From Actinomycetota bacterium (GTDB taxonomy: Bacteria > Actinomycetota > Actinomycetes > S36-B12 > UBA5976): a DNA stretch of 60,265 bases. The DNA lies in the NCBI GenBank assembly GCA_027730605.1, contig JAQCGN010000001.1, positions 1-60,265 on the forward strand, read 5' to 3'. Every line of letters begins with the position of its first letter. Position 1 is the first letter of the stretch. Shown here in pieces: positions 1-9,315 of this stretch. The notes beneath the pieces are model-generated. The model searched no databases, was not told the origin of the DNA, and was given only the letters and a program-made list of their open reading frames with translations. Position numbers and translations under genes: made by a program.

Positions 1-231
1 ATTGCACCAGTGGTTTGGCTAAAAGTTTCTCCCAGAGAAGCATCTAGTCGAGTTGGGATGGGACTTTCCAGACCAGTTTTGATGGGAAATGTTAGATCAA
101 ATCTGGTGAAACTACTTGAAGAACGAACTCCACTTTATGCAGAAGTGGCAGACTGGCAAATAGACACAAGTGGGAAAAGTATTGAGGAAGTTGTTCAAGA
201 AGTTCTATTGCAAACAAGTGAGGTGAACTAG
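1..231 (+). CDS. aroK: shikimate kinase, C-terminal fragment (5' end outside window)
   Basis: Frame 1 is open from nt 1 to TAG 229-231. The tail ...RPVLMGNVRSNLVKLLEERTPLYAEVADWQIDTSGKSIEEVV resembles shikimate kinase C-termini. The stop overlaps the aroB GTG (TAGTG), in the conserved aroK-aroB-aroQ order. Confidence 0.6.
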   Translation: MAPVVWLKVSPREASSRVGMGLSRPVLMGNVRSNLVKLLEERTPLYAEVADWQIDTSGKSIEEVVQEVLLQTSEVN

Positions 232-1316
232 TGGGAATTCATCAAACCATAACAGTTAATGCTCAACCAAGCTATGACGTCATAGTTGGAAATGATATTT
301 TAGATTCAATTTCAATTAAAGAAACCGTAAACCAAGTAGCCCTAATTTTTCCTGCCCATGTTGAAAAAATAGCTAAAACAATAAAAAAGCAAGTAACAAA
401 ATTGGGATTTAAGGTAGTTGAAATTATAGTTCCTAATGCTGAAAGTGGCAAAAATATTAAAGTCGTAGAAAAAATTTGGAATAAATTAGGTCAAAATAAA
501 TTCACCCGCTCTGATTTGATTGTGGCCATCGGGGGAGGGGCCACAACAGACTTAGCAGGATTTGTAAGCGCGACTTGGTTAAGAGGAATTGATTTTATTT
601 CAATTCCCACAACTTTGCTTGGTATGGTCGATGCTGCAGTGGGTGGCAAAACTGGAATAAATACAGATGCAGGAAAAAATTTAGTTGGGTCTTTTCATAA
701 TCCAGTTCAAGTAATATGTGATCTAAATACTTTAAAAAGCTTAAAAAAACATGATTTCACCACAGGAATGGCCGAAGTTATTAAATGTGGCTTCATTCAA
801 GATGAAAAAATATTACAAATAATTGAAAAATATCCTTCTGAATGTAAAAGATATGACGGGGTAGAAATACCTGAACTTGTTACCAGATCAATTAAAATTA
901 AAGCAGAAGTTGTAGCAAAAGATTTTAAAGAGACTTCTGACTCAAAAACAGGTCGAGAAATTCTTAATTACGGCCATACTTTAGGACATGCCATTGAGAA
1001 GATCGGGAAATATAAATGGCGTCACGGCGATGCCATTTCGGTTGGAATGGTTTATGTGGCCGAACTTGCTCATGCAGCTGGAAAATTGAGTGCTGAGGTT
1101 GTTCAAAGGCATCGAGATGTTTTGAAGCAATTTGGACTTCCTACAAGTTATAAGTCAAAGAATTTCAAAAAACTTATTGAAATCATGGCTTTGGATAAAA
1201 AATCAAGAGGTGCAACGTTAAGATTTGTCATATTAGAAGATATTGCCAAACCTGCACGCTTGGAAAATCCAAGTTTCAAAATTTTGAATCAAGCATGGGA
1301 GAAGATCTCTAAATGA
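231..1316 (+). CDS. aroB: 3-dehydroquinate synthase
   Basis: 361 aa. Motifs GGGATTDLAGF, VGGKTGIN and NYGHTLGHAIE are typical of AroB. GTG start overlaps the aroK stop. Confidence 0.93.
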   Translation: MGIHQTITVNAQPSYDVIVGNDILDSISIKETVNQVALIFPAHVEKIAKTIKKQVTKLGFKVVEIIVPNAESGKNIKVVEKIWNKLGQNKFTRSDLIVAIGGGATTDLAGFVSATWLRGIDFISIPTTLLGMVDAAVGGKTGINTDAGKNLVGSFHNPVQVICDLNTLKSLKKHDFTTGMAEVIKCGFIQDEKILQIIEKYPSECKRYDGVEIPELVTRSIKIKAEVVAKDFKETSDSKTGREILNYGHTLGHAIEKIGKYKWRHGDAISVGMVYVAELAHAAGKLSAEVVQRHRDVLKQFGLPTSYKSKNFKKLIEIMALDKKSRGATLRFVILEDIAKPARLENPSFKILNQAWEKISK

Positions 1317-1747
1317 CAAAAGTTCTTGTCCTTAATGGACCAAATATTCAAAGATTAGGTACCCGTGAACCAGAAATTTATGGCTCAGACACCTTTGAGG
1401 ATTTAAAAAAATCTTGTGTGGAATTTGGCAAAACCCAAGATTTCGAAATCGATTTTCGTCAAACAGATGACGAAGCAACAATTATAAAATGGTTGCACGA
1501 AGCTGCAGATAATAAACTTCCGGTAATAATTAATCCTGCTGCATTTACCCATTACAGCTATGCCATGAGGGATGCTGCAGCTATGCACACAGCACCTTTA
1601 ATTGAAGTGCATATTTCGAATCCTCAAAGTCGTGAAGAATTTAGACACTTCAGCGTGCTAGCAGGAGTTGCTGATGGAGCAATTGCTGGTTTTGGAATTG
1701 ATAGTTACCGATTGGCTTTATCTGCTTTAAAAAAATTAATCAAATAA
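1313..1747 (+). CDS. aroQ: type II 3-dehydroquinate dehydratase
   Basis: 144 aa. LNGPNIQRLGTREPEIYG, INPAAFTHYSYA and EVHISN motifs. ATGA overlap with aroB. Confidence 0.93.
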   Translation: MTKVLVLNGPNIQRLGTREPEIYGSDTFEDLKKSCVEFGKTQDFEIDFRQTDDEATIIKWLHEAADNKLPVIINPAAFTHYSYAMRDAAAMHTAPLIEVHISNPQSREEFRHFSVLAGVADGAIAGFGIDSYRLALSALKKLIK

Positions 1748-1755
1748 ATTATTTT

Positions 1756-2832
1756 ATGGTTGATTACTTAAAGAGACGTGATGGGCTTCGCAAAATTATA
1801 GAATCAAGTTCTCAAGTTGCTGTTTTTTTAGACCCAATCAGCATCAGATATTTATCCGGCTTTTCAGGTTCCAATGCTTGCCTGATTGTTGGAGTGGCAA
1901 AAGAAATTGATTTACTTCTCACCGATTCGCGTTATACCCAAAGAGCAAAAGATGAATCTCCAGATATTGAAGTTCAAATTGGCCAAGAATTCATCAAAGA
2001 GATACAGAAGATATTTAACAAGCAATCAATTAAAAAATTAGCAATTGATCCAACTAAGTTAAATCTTTTCCAAGCAGAAGCCTTAGCTGATGGGGATAGA
2101 TTTGAATTAGTTAAATTTAAAGGACTTTTAACACCATTGCGAAGTGTTAAAGACGAATACGAGATAAAACAGATCAAAAAAGCGTGCGCCATAACAGCTG
2201 ATACTTTGTGGTTTCTAATAAATGATCTAAGACCTGGGATAAATGAAAGAAAAATATCAAGTTTGTTGCAAGAAGGATTTTTAAAGCGGGGAGCAGATGG
2301 TCTAGCTTTTGCCTCAATTGTGGCAAGTGGTCCAAATAGTGCTACCCCTCACCATGAACCTTCTAAGAGAATTTTGGAACGAGGAGACATGGTCACAATT
2401 GATTGTGGAGCTTTAGTTAATGGCTATCACGCTGATATGACCAGGACAATTTTCATTGGATCATGTGCTGATTGGCAAAAAGATATTTATGACCTGGTAA
2501 TGAACGCTCAAGCAGAAGGTAGAAAAAAACTAATTGAGGGTGCGGTTGCAGAAGATGTAGATGAAGCAGCCCGAAAGATAATTCGAGATGCAAATTATGG
2601 GGATAATTTTGTTCACGGGCTTGGCCACGGTGTGGGTTTAGAGATTCATGAACCTGTGTTTTTAGTTAAAGACGTTAAGACTAAACTTTCCAAGGGCAGT
2701 TGCATCACAGTAGAACCTGGAATTTATATACCGGGTAAAGGTGGAGTGCGTATAGAAGATACGTGCCTAATCACTGAAAATGGTGCAGAAGTCTTAACCC
2801 CAGGTTCTCACGAAATTATTTGTGTGGCTTAG
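1756..2832 (+). CDS. M24 family Xaa-Pro aminopeptidase/dipeptidase
   Basis: 358 aa. Creatinase-like N-domain plus pita-bread metal ligands (DCGA..GYHADMTRT, HGLGHGVGLEIHE, EPGIY..G.GGVRIED). Occupies the same position as pepQ between aroQ and efp in other actinobacteria. Confidence 0.88.
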   Translation: MVDYLKRRDGLRKIIESSSQVAVFLDPISIRYLSGFSGSNACLIVGVAKEIDLLLTDSRYTQRAKDESPDIEVQIGQEFIKEIQKIFNKQSIKKLAIDPTKLNLFQAEALADGDRFELVKFKGLLTPLRSVKDEYEIKQIKKACAITADTLWFLINDLRPGINERKISSLLQEGFLKRGADGLAFASIVASGPNSATPHHEPSKRILERGDMVTIDCGALVNGYHADMTRTIFIGSCADWQKDIYDLVMNAQAEGRKKLIEGAVAEDVDEAARKIIRDANYGDNFVHGLGHGVGLEIHEPVFLVKDVKTKLSKGSCITVEPGIYIPGKGGVRIEDTCLITENGAEVLTPGSHEIICVA

Positions 2833-2864
2833 CAGTAAAAAAGAACAATTAGGAGTGAAAATAA

Positions 2865-3422
2865 GTGGCAACAACAAATGAGTTAAAAAATGGCATGGTG
2901 CTTAATTTAGATGGCCAATTATGGAACATCATTGATTTTCAGCACGTAAAACCTGGTAAAGGTGGTGCTTTTGTGCGCACAAAACTTAAAAACGTACTAA
3001 GCGGCAAAGTTGTTGATAGAACTTTTAACGCAGGGGTAAAATTAGAAACTGCACAAGTTGATAAAAGAGATATGCAATATCTGTATAAAGATGGTGAAGA
3101 TTGGGTATTTATGGACACCACTAATTATGACCAAATCACAATTAGTAATGCCACCGTTGGAGATGCCTCTAATTACATGCTAGAAAATCAAGAAGTAATG
3201 GTTGCAATGCATGAAGGAAATCCTTTATACATTGAAATGCCAGCAAATGTTGAATTAACAATTGAATACACCGAACCAGGCTTACAAGGGGACAGATCAA
3301 ATGCTGGATCGAAATCAGCAAAACTTGAAACCGGTTTTGAAATACAAGTACCTCTATTTATTAACCAGGGAGAGAAAGTCCGAGTTGACACTCGAGATGG
3401 CTCTTATCTTGGTCGCGCCTAA
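2865..3422 (+). CDS. efp: elongation factor P
   Basis: 185 aa. N-terminus [39 protein letters not shown] is canonical EF-P. GTG start preceded by AGGAG. Confidence 0.95.
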   Translation: MATTNELKNGMVLNLDGQLWNIIDFQHVKPGKGGAFVRTKLKNVLSGKVVDRTFNAGVKLETAQVDKRDMQYLYKDGEDWVFMDTTNYDQITISNATVGDASNYMLENQEVMVAMHEGNPLYIEMPANVELTIEYTEPGLQGDRSNAGSKSAKLETGFEIQVPLFINQGEKVRVDTRDGSYLGRA

Positions 3423-3440
3423 AGAAAATAGATATTAAAA

Positions 3441-3830
3441 ATGGGTGCACGTACTAAAGCACGCAAACGTGCACTTGACACAATTTTTGAAGCTGATCTT
3501 AAAGGTATTTCTTTACCGAATACGAATACCAATGATGAGACTGATGTTGATGTCACAAATTATGCTCTTATTTTAATTAAAGGAATTATGGAAAACCAGA
3601 CCCAAATAGATGAGTTGATTGCAGGATCACTGCAAAATTGGACTTTTGATCGTCTGCCAAAAGTAGATAGAAGTATTCTAAGAATTGCTGTTTATGAATT
3701 ACTTTTTCAAAAAGATGTACCCACCAATGTTGTACTCAGTGAAGCAGTTGGATTAGCTGAATCTTTGAGTACAGCTGAGTCATCCTCATTTATAAATGGA
3801 ACTTTGGCAACAATAAGTAAAAAGATTTGA
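3441..3830 (+). CDS. nusB: transcription antitermination factor NusB
   Basis: 129 aa. ARxKARKRALD N-terminus and the DRLPKVDRSILRIAVYELL motif. Conserved efp-nusB order. Confidence 0.88.
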   Translation: MGARTKARKRALDTIFEADLKGISLPNTNTNDETDVDVTNYALILIKGIMENQTQIDELIAGSLQNWTFDRLPKVDRSILRIAVYELLFQKDVPTNVVLSEAVGLAESLSTAESSSFINGTLATISKKI

Positions 3831-3836
3831 AAATTG

Positions 3837-3910
3837 TGCCCCGGGTGAGATTCGAACTCACGCTGGTACGAGTTTGAGTCGTATGCCTCTGCCAGTTGGG
3901 CTACCGGGGC
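3837..3910 (-). tRNA. tRNA with anticodon CAA by loop position (Leu/UUG) but a 74-nt class I body with a 5-nt variable loop; no encoded CCA
   Basis: The reverse complement GCCCCGG-TA-GCCCAACTGGCAGAGGC-A-TACGA-CTCAAAC-TCGTA-CCAGC-GTGAG-TTCGAAT-CTCAC-CCGGGGC-A folds as a clean cloverleaf. It has a 7-bp acceptor stem, a G18G19 D-loop and a GTTCGAATC T-arm. The + strand orientation does not give a T-arm. Confidence 0.8.
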
Positions 3911-3994
3911 GATAAGCAAAATATCAATATTACGAACTTAACTCTACGACACTTAAAAGCTAGAAACTCACTACGCCTAGGCTATTAATCACAT

Positions 3995-4576
3995 ATGAAG
4001 CCTGTATTAAGAGTTGTTGTCGCTGAAGACGAAGCATTGATTCGTCTTGATTTAGTTGAGATGTTGACCGAATCAGGTTATGAAGTTGTTGGTCAAGCAG
4101 GCGATGGTGAAGCAGCAATTGAGTTAACCGAAAGAGAGAAACCTGACTTAGTAGTTATGGATGTTAAAATGCCAAAACTTGATGGCATAAGTGCTGCTGA
4201 AAGAATTGCAAAACAAAGAATCTCACCAGTTGTTATTCTCACAGCATTTTCCCAACGCGACTTAGTTGAAAGAGCTCGAGATGCTGGAGCTATGGCTTAC
4301 TTAACGAAACCTTTTACGATTGAAGATTTGATGCCAGCAATTGAATTAGCAGTCTCAAGATTCCAGGAAATTAAACAATTAGACACTGAAATTAATGACC
4401 TTCAGTCTCAACTAAAAGCGCGCAAGATCATTGAAAGAGCAAAAGGCTTACTAATTGATAACTTAAAACTAACTGAACCACAAGCATTCAAATGGATGCA
4501 AAAGACTGCTATGGACAAGAGAAAGACAATGGTTGAGGTTGCGAATTTAGTTATTAGCGAGTACGGCGGTACTTAA
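3995..4576 (+). CDS. pdtaR: response regulator with ANTAR RNA-binding output domain (PdtaR-like)
   Basis: 193 aa. REC domain (VVVAEDE..., DLVVMDVKMPKLDG, LTKP) followed by a coiled linker and an ANTAR helix bundle (RKIIERAKGLLIDNLKLTEPQAFKWMQKTAMDKRKTM). Confidence 0.88.
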   Translation: MKPVLRVVVAEDEALIRLDLVEMLTESGYEVVGQAGDGEAAIELTEREKPDLVVMDVKMPKLDGISAAERIAKQRISPVVILTAFSQRDLVERARDAGAMAYLTKPFTIEDLMPAIELAVSRFQEIKQLDTEINDLQSQLKARKIIERAKGLLIDNLKLTEPQAFKWMQKTAMDKRKTMVEVANLVISEYGGT

Positions 4577-5217
4577 TCAGCTCTTCCAAATAGGCGGTCA
4601 CCGGCGTCACCCAAACCAGGAACTATGTAACCTTTCTCATTTAATTTTTCATCAATTCCTGCAATTACAACAGTAAAATCAATTTCAGGAGATATATTTT
4701 TTCTCAGATGTTCAATACCTTCAGGTGCGGCTAGTAGACAAATACTAGTAATTCTTTCTGCTTTTAATTTTGAAACAGTTTCAACTGCTTTCAATAAGGT
4801 AGCACCCGTTGCCAACATGGGATCCAAAATAAAAATATGACGATCGGACAAATTCTCTGGCATTCTCTGTGCGTAAGTAGTGACTTCAAGGGTTTTTTCG
4901 TTTCTTATGGCACCCAAGAAGCCAACTTCTGCTTGGGGCATTATTTTTAGCATGCCATCCAGGAGACCTAATCCGGCTCTTAATATTGGAAGCACTAAAG
5001 GTACTGGTTTTTTAATTTCAACTCCAACAGTGGTAGTTATTGGAGTTACCACTGATTTATTAACAACCTGAATATTGCGGGTTGCTTCATAGGCAAGCAA
5101 ATAAATCAATTCTTCGGACAATTGTCTAAAACGAACTGAGCTTGTGGAGTTATCCCTAAGTTCGGTTAATTTGGCGCTGCATAAAGGATGCTTGACCTCG
5201 ATTACTTCCACAATCAC
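4573..5217 (-). CDS. upp: uracil phosphoribosyltransferase
   Basis: 214 aa. PILRAGLGL, the PRPP loop ILDPMLATGAT, and the C-terminal YIVPGLGDAGDRLFG. GTG start with GAGGGG upstream. Confidence 0.93.
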   Translation of the reverse strand: MIVEVIEVKHPLCSAKLTELRDNSTSSVRFRQLSEELIYLLAYEATRNIQVVNKSVVTPITTTVGVEIKKPVPLVLPILRAGLGLLDGMLKIMPQAEVGFLGAIRNEKTLEVTTYAQRMPENLSDRHIFILDPMLATGATLLKAVETVSKLKAERITSICLLAAPEGIEHLRKNISPEIDFTVVIAGIDEKLNEKGYIVPGLGDAGDRLFGRAD

Positions 5218-5307
5218 CCCTCAAGGGACTCTCAAAAATCACGATTTGGCAACAATCTTTACCCTAGTTGGTTTTGGGTCTTCTTCTTGGGTAGCATTTG
5301 AAGAATG

Positions 5308-5335
5308 TTGGTCACCAATGACCAATTTTCTTTAT
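5308..5335 (+). promoter_or_regulatory. terminator-like hairpin plus T-tract inside the 5' leader of the binding-protein gene (possible attenuator)
   Basis: TTGGTCA-CCAA-TGACCAA (7-bp perfect stem, 5308-5325) followed by TTTTCTTTAT. It lies 19 nt upstream of ATG 5354 and just before the GGGAG SD. The only upstream neighbour (upp) is on the other strand. Confidence 0.4.
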
Positions 5336-5353
5336 AAACAGGGAGCACATTAA

Positions 5354-6625
5354 ATGGTACGTACAACCAAGTTACGTTCAGTTGCAGTAGTTGCCGCAGC
5401 TGGATTGCTCTTGGCTGCGTGTTCCAGTGGCGGTAGCGATACTGCTTCAAGTGGTTCAAGTGGTGCTGATGCTTGTGAGTTTCCAACTCTCAAAGTCGGT
5501 TCATTACTTCCACAAACTGGAGATCTCGCATTCCTAGGGCCACCAGAATTTGCTGGTGTTGATTTAGCAGTTCAAGAAATCAACGCTGCAGGCGGAGTGT
5601 TGGGTTCTGACATTGTTCACATTGTTGGTGACTCTGGTGATACCAGCACTAACATTGCTTCACAAACTGTTGACTCACACATTGCTGCAGGCGCATCAGT
5701 AATATTTGGTGCTGCATCTTCAGGTGTATCACTAACAGTTATTGACAAGATTACTTCTGCAGGTTTGTTACAAATGTCTCCTGCAAATACATCACCTGCA
5801 TTTACTACTTATGCAGATGACAATCTTTACTGGCGCGTTGCTCCATCTGATGCTATGCAAGGTCTAGTACTTGCAGAACAAGCAATTAAAGATGGATTTA
5901 CAAAAGCCGCAGCAATTGCTCGCCAAGATGCTTATGGAGAAGGTCTATTAAAAGCTTTTTCCAAAAACTTCGCAGCAGCCGGTGGCACAGTAACCAGCGA
6001 AATTGTTTATGATCCAACAGCTGCATCATTTGAAGCAGAAGTTGCTGAAATCAAAGCTGGCGCACCAGAAGTAGTTGTAGTAATCACATTCGACGAAGGC
6101 GTAAAGCTTATCCAAGAAATGATTAAACAAGGTGTAGGACCACAACAAGTTAAAGTTTACTTAGTTGACGGAAACCTATCCACAACTGCATTTGCTGATT
6201 TCCCAGCAGGCACCATGACTGGTGTTATAGGAACAGTTCCTACAGGAGATTCTGATTTAACTGCATTCAATGCAAAATTAGATGCAATTAATCCAAATCT
6301 TGAAGATTACTCATATGGCGCACAGTCATATGACGGAATTATTTTGTTAGCACTTGCAGCTGAAGCAGCTGGTTGTGCTGATGGTCGTTCCTTGGCAGAT
6401 AATCTTCCAGCAGTTGCAACAGGTGGCGAAAAGTGTACAACTTACGCTGACTGTCTAGCAATTTTGAATAGTGGTGGCGACGTTGATTTTGAGGGAGTAA
6501 CAGGTCCACTTGAATTCAACGCAGCTGGAGATCCAAAATTCGCAACAATCGCTGTCAACCAGTACTCAAGTAACACTGAGTTTGCTGAAATTGGTCGCGT
6601 GACTGGCGAAGTTCCTACTAGTTAA
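5354..6625 (+). CDS. branched-chain amino acid ABC transporter substrate-binding lipoprotein (LivJ/LivK-type, Peripla_BP_6)
   Basis: 423 aa. Signal peptide with lipobox LLLAACSSGG. Ser/Gly linker, then a type I periplasmic binding fold (LKVGSLLPQTGDLAFLG.., GVDLAVQEINAAGGVLG). Confidence 0.88.
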   Translation: MVRTTKLRSVAVVAAAGLLLAACSSGGSDTASSGSSGADACEFPTLKVGSLLPQTGDLAFLGPPEFAGVDLAVQEINAAGGVLGSDIVHIVGDSGDTSTNIASQTVDSHIAAGASVIFGAASSGVSLTVIDKITSAGLLQMSPANTSPAFTTYADDNLYWRVAPSDAMQGLVLAEQAIKDGFTKAAAIARQDAYGEGLLKAFSKNFAAAGGTVTSEIVYDPTAASFEAEVAEIKAGAPEVVVVITFDEGVKLIQEMIKQGVGPQQVKVYLVDGNLSTTAFADFPAGTMTGVIGTVPTGDSDLTAFNAKLDAINPNLEDYSYGAQSYDGIILLALAAEAAGCADGRSLADNLPAVATGGEKCTTYADCLAILNSGGDVDFEGVTGPLEFNAAGDPKFATIAVNQYSSNTEFAEIGRVTGEVPTS

Positions 6626-6643
6626 GAAGTAAAATATCTAAAA

Positions 6644-6675
6644 ATAAAGGCCCTTGAGAAATCAAGGGCCTTTAT
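6644..6675. terminator. bidirectional intrinsic terminator between the convergent binding-protein gene and livF
   Basis: ATAAAGGCCCTTGA-GAAA-TCAAGGGCCTTTAT: a 14-bp perfect stem with a GAAA loop. An A-rich run lies upstream and TTTATTAATT downstream, so it can work on both strands. Confidence 0.75.
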
Positions 6676-6690
6676 TAATTCCTAAATAAA

Positions 6691-7452
6691 TTATGACTTA
6701 GCCAATGTACCCAAATAGAGTTCAATAACCTTGGGATCATTAACTAATGATTTTCCTGTGCCGGTGTAGGCATTTTGTCCCTGATCTAACACATATCCAC
6801 GATCCACAATTTGCAAACAACGTGAAGCATTTTGTTCCACAATTATTACTGTCACTCCTGTTTTGTTAATGTCTCTTACTCGAATAAACACATCATCTTG
6901 CAATGCAGGAGATAGTCCAGCACTTGGTTCATCCAACAAAATTACACTTGGATTCATCATCAAGGCTCTGCCCATGGCGACCATTTGGCGCTCTCCACCT
7001 GATAGTGATCCTGCTTTTTGTTTGCGACGACTTTTTAATGTGGGAAAGAGTGTCACAACTCTGTCAAAATTTTCGTTGAATCGTGTTGGATCCTGATAAC
7101 AACCCATTTCTAGATTTTCCTCTATTGTCAAAGACGGAAATACGTTATTGTTTTGGGGGACAAAGCCAATACTTCTGGTAACCAACTGATCAGCTCTCAT
7201 GTTTGTAATATTTTCGTCCCGCAGAGTTACTTCACCAGACCAAACTTTGACTAATCCAAATAGAGCTTTGAGAAGAGTCGATTTACCAGCACCGTTTGGA
7301 CCAATGATTCCAACTAACTCTCCTTCATTTGCATATAAATCAGAACCGTTTAAAATTGGCACTCCTGGGAAATATCCTGCAATCAAGTTGTCTGCCTTTA
7401 TTAAGGCATTAGCAGAATTGTCTACGTGTTCTTGGTGTAAGTCAGCGGTCAT
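6691..7452 (-). CDS. livF: branched-chain amino acid ABC transporter ATP-binding protein LivF
   Basis: 253 aa. Walker A GPNGAGKST, signature LSGGERQ, Walker B ILLDEPS, and the LivF-type C-terminus NDPKVIELYLG. Confidence 0.9.
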   Translation of the reverse strand: MTADLHQEHVDNSANALIKADNLIAGYFPGVPILNGSDLYANEGELVGIIGPNGAGKSTLLKALFGLVKVWSGEVTLRDENITNMRADQLVTRSIGFVPQNNNVFPSLTIEENLEMGCYQDPTRFNENFDRVVTLFPTLKSRRKQKAGSLSGGERQMVAMGRALMMNPSVILLDEPSAGLSPALQDDVFIRVRDINKTGVTVIIVEQNASRCLQIVDRGYVLDQGQNAYTGTGKSLVNDPKVIELYLGTLAKS

Positions 7453-8339
7453 TGTGTTTCATCCGTTGCTAGCGATTTACCATCTTCGGTTAAGAACGTT
7501 TTATGATGTGATCCTAAATAAGCATCAATTACATCTGAATTTTTCATTACCAGGCTTGGTGGACCCTCTGCAATAATTTTACCTTGAGCCATGACTATTA
7601 CCCAATCACTAATATCGTGAACCATATCCATATCGTGCTCTACGAAAAGAACTGTAGTGCCTTTTTTTCTGATATTTTTAATATGCCCCAGAAGGCTTTG
7701 TTTTAAGGCAGGGTTTACCCCGGCCATTGGTTCATCAAGCATGATCATCTCAGGTTTTAACATCAAGGCTCGAGCCATTTCTAATAGTTTTCTTTGACCT
7801 CCGGAAAGTGAACCTGCAAAATCAGATTTTTTTTCAAGTAAATTAAATTGCGCTAATGTGTCCTCGGCTTGTTTTGTGACTTCAAGTTCTCTTTTTATCC
7901 ATAGAGGTTTGAAAAGGGCAGCAAATAATGATTCGCCTATTTGATTCTTTGCGCCCAAACGTGCATTATCTAAAACGCTAAGACGAGAAAGTGCTTTAGT
8001 TAATTGAAATGTTCGAACTAATCCTTTTTGAGCTAATTTATTTGGAGAAATTTTTGTAATATCTTCTTTGTTGAAAAACCATTTTCCACCATCTGCTTGA
8101 TCAAAAGAGGTAAGCAAATTGAAAAAAGTGCTTTTCCCGGCACCATTTGGACCAATAAGTGCAGTTATAGATCCTCGTTGAATCTCAAGGTGGTCAACAT
8201 CAACAGCAGTTAATCCGCCAAATTTTCTGACGACTTTTTTCGCCAAGATAATTGGATCTGGTTTTTTAGAACCTGGTTTTTGTTCTACATTCTTAAAGAT
8301 ATTTTGAACTTCATCAATATCGAAAGTTTTAGCGTCCAC
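7449..8339 (-). CDS. livG: branched-chain amino acid ABC transporter ATP-binding protein LivG
   Basis: 296 aa. FGGLTAVD, GPNGAGKST, LSGGQRKLLE, MLDEPMAGVNP and the LivG C-terminal motif DVIDAYLG. 4-nt overlap with livF. Confidence 0.9.
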   Translation of the reverse strand: MDAKTFDIDEVQNIFKNVEQKPGSKKPDPIILAKKVVRKFGGLTAVDVDHLEIQRGSITALIGPNGAGKSTFFNLLTSFDQADGGKWFFNKEDITKISPNKLAQKGLVRTFQLTKALSRLSVLDNARLGAKNQIGESLFAALFKPLWIKRELEVTKQAEDTLAQFNLLEKKSDFAGSLSGGQRKLLEMARALMLKPEMIMLDEPMAGVNPALKQSLLGHIKNIRKKGTTVLFVEHDMDMVHDISDWVIVMAQGKIIAEGPPSLVMKNSDVIDAYLGSHHKTFLTEDGKSLATDETQ

Positions 8340-9315
8340 CTAGGGCCAATTCCTTTCGATCTCCGAAAATTCCTTGTGGTCTAAAAATAATCAAACACAT
8401 AAGACCAATTCCCACGAAGATAAAGCGGATTGGCCCAACTTGAGTTGAAGTTAGAAATGGAATATAGCCTGCAGATATTGTTTGGTCCAAAGTTTGTCCG
8501 ATAAATACCAGTAAAAACCAAAAAATAATTGAGCCGACTACAGGTCCAAAAACTCTAGCTGCACCGCCAAGTAACAATATTGTGTAAGCAAAAAAAGTTA
8601 CATCAGGAACATATGAATCAGGTTGCACACTTTGAGACGCAATTGCAAATATAAAACCGGCCAAGGTACCCATGACTCCGCCAAGCATTAAAGCTTGCAT
8701 TTTGTACCAGTAAACACTTTTACCAAGACTTCGGATTGCTTCTTCGTCTTCTCTAATTCCTTTAAGAATTCGGCCCCAAGGACTTCTTGTGAGCAGAAAA
8801 GTTATGAGAATAACTATTGCCACTAGAATCCATCCAATAGTTACTACCCATGAGTCATTTTGACTGAAATTAATAGGTCCAATTCCAATTCCACTTTGAT
8901 AAGGATTTAGTGCATAAAATTGAGCTGCGAACTTACCATTCAATCCGTTTACTCCACCAAACCATTCTCTCAAAGCAACAGAACGAACTACCAATCTTAA
9001 AATTTCACTAGTTGCAATCGTTACTATCGCTAAATAATCTGCCCGTAGTCTTAAGGTAGGTAAACCAAGTATTAAAGACAATATTAGGGAAGAAATAATT
9101 CCAACTACTAATGCTGTCCAAAAACTTCCACCAAAACTTAAAACAGTTGCAGCTATTGAATATCCTCCAACAATCATGAAGGCCACTTGTCCAAAATTTA
9201 GTAATCCCGTATACCCAAATTGAATATTTAATCCAGCCGCAGCAAGGCAATAAATAATCGCTTGAATTCCAATAGATTGAGTTAATGCTTGCTCTAAAAC
9301 AAAGACAATATCCAT
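8329..9315 (-). CDS. livM: branched-chain amino acid ABC transporter permease LivM
   Basis: 328 aa polytopic membrane protein. GYTGLLNFGQVAFMIVGGY and GLMCLIIFRPQGIFG are typical of the LivM (BPD_transp_2) family. Confidence 0.88.
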   Translation of the reverse strand: MDIVFVLEQALTQSIGIQAIIYCLAAAGLNIQFGYTGLLNFGQVAFMIVGGYSIAATVLSFGGSFWTALVVGIISSLILSLILGLPTLRLRADYLAIVTIATSEILRLVVRSVALREWFGGVNGLNGKFAAQFYALNPYQSGIGIGPINFSQNDSWVVTIGWILVAIVILITFLLTRSPWGRILKGIREDEEAIRSLGKSVYWYKMQALMLGGVMGTLAGFIFAIASQSVQPDSYVPDVTFFAYTILLLGGAARVFGPVVGSIIFWFLLVFIGQTLDQTISAGYIPFLTSTQVGPIRFIFVGIGLMCLIIFRPQGIFGDRKELALGGR

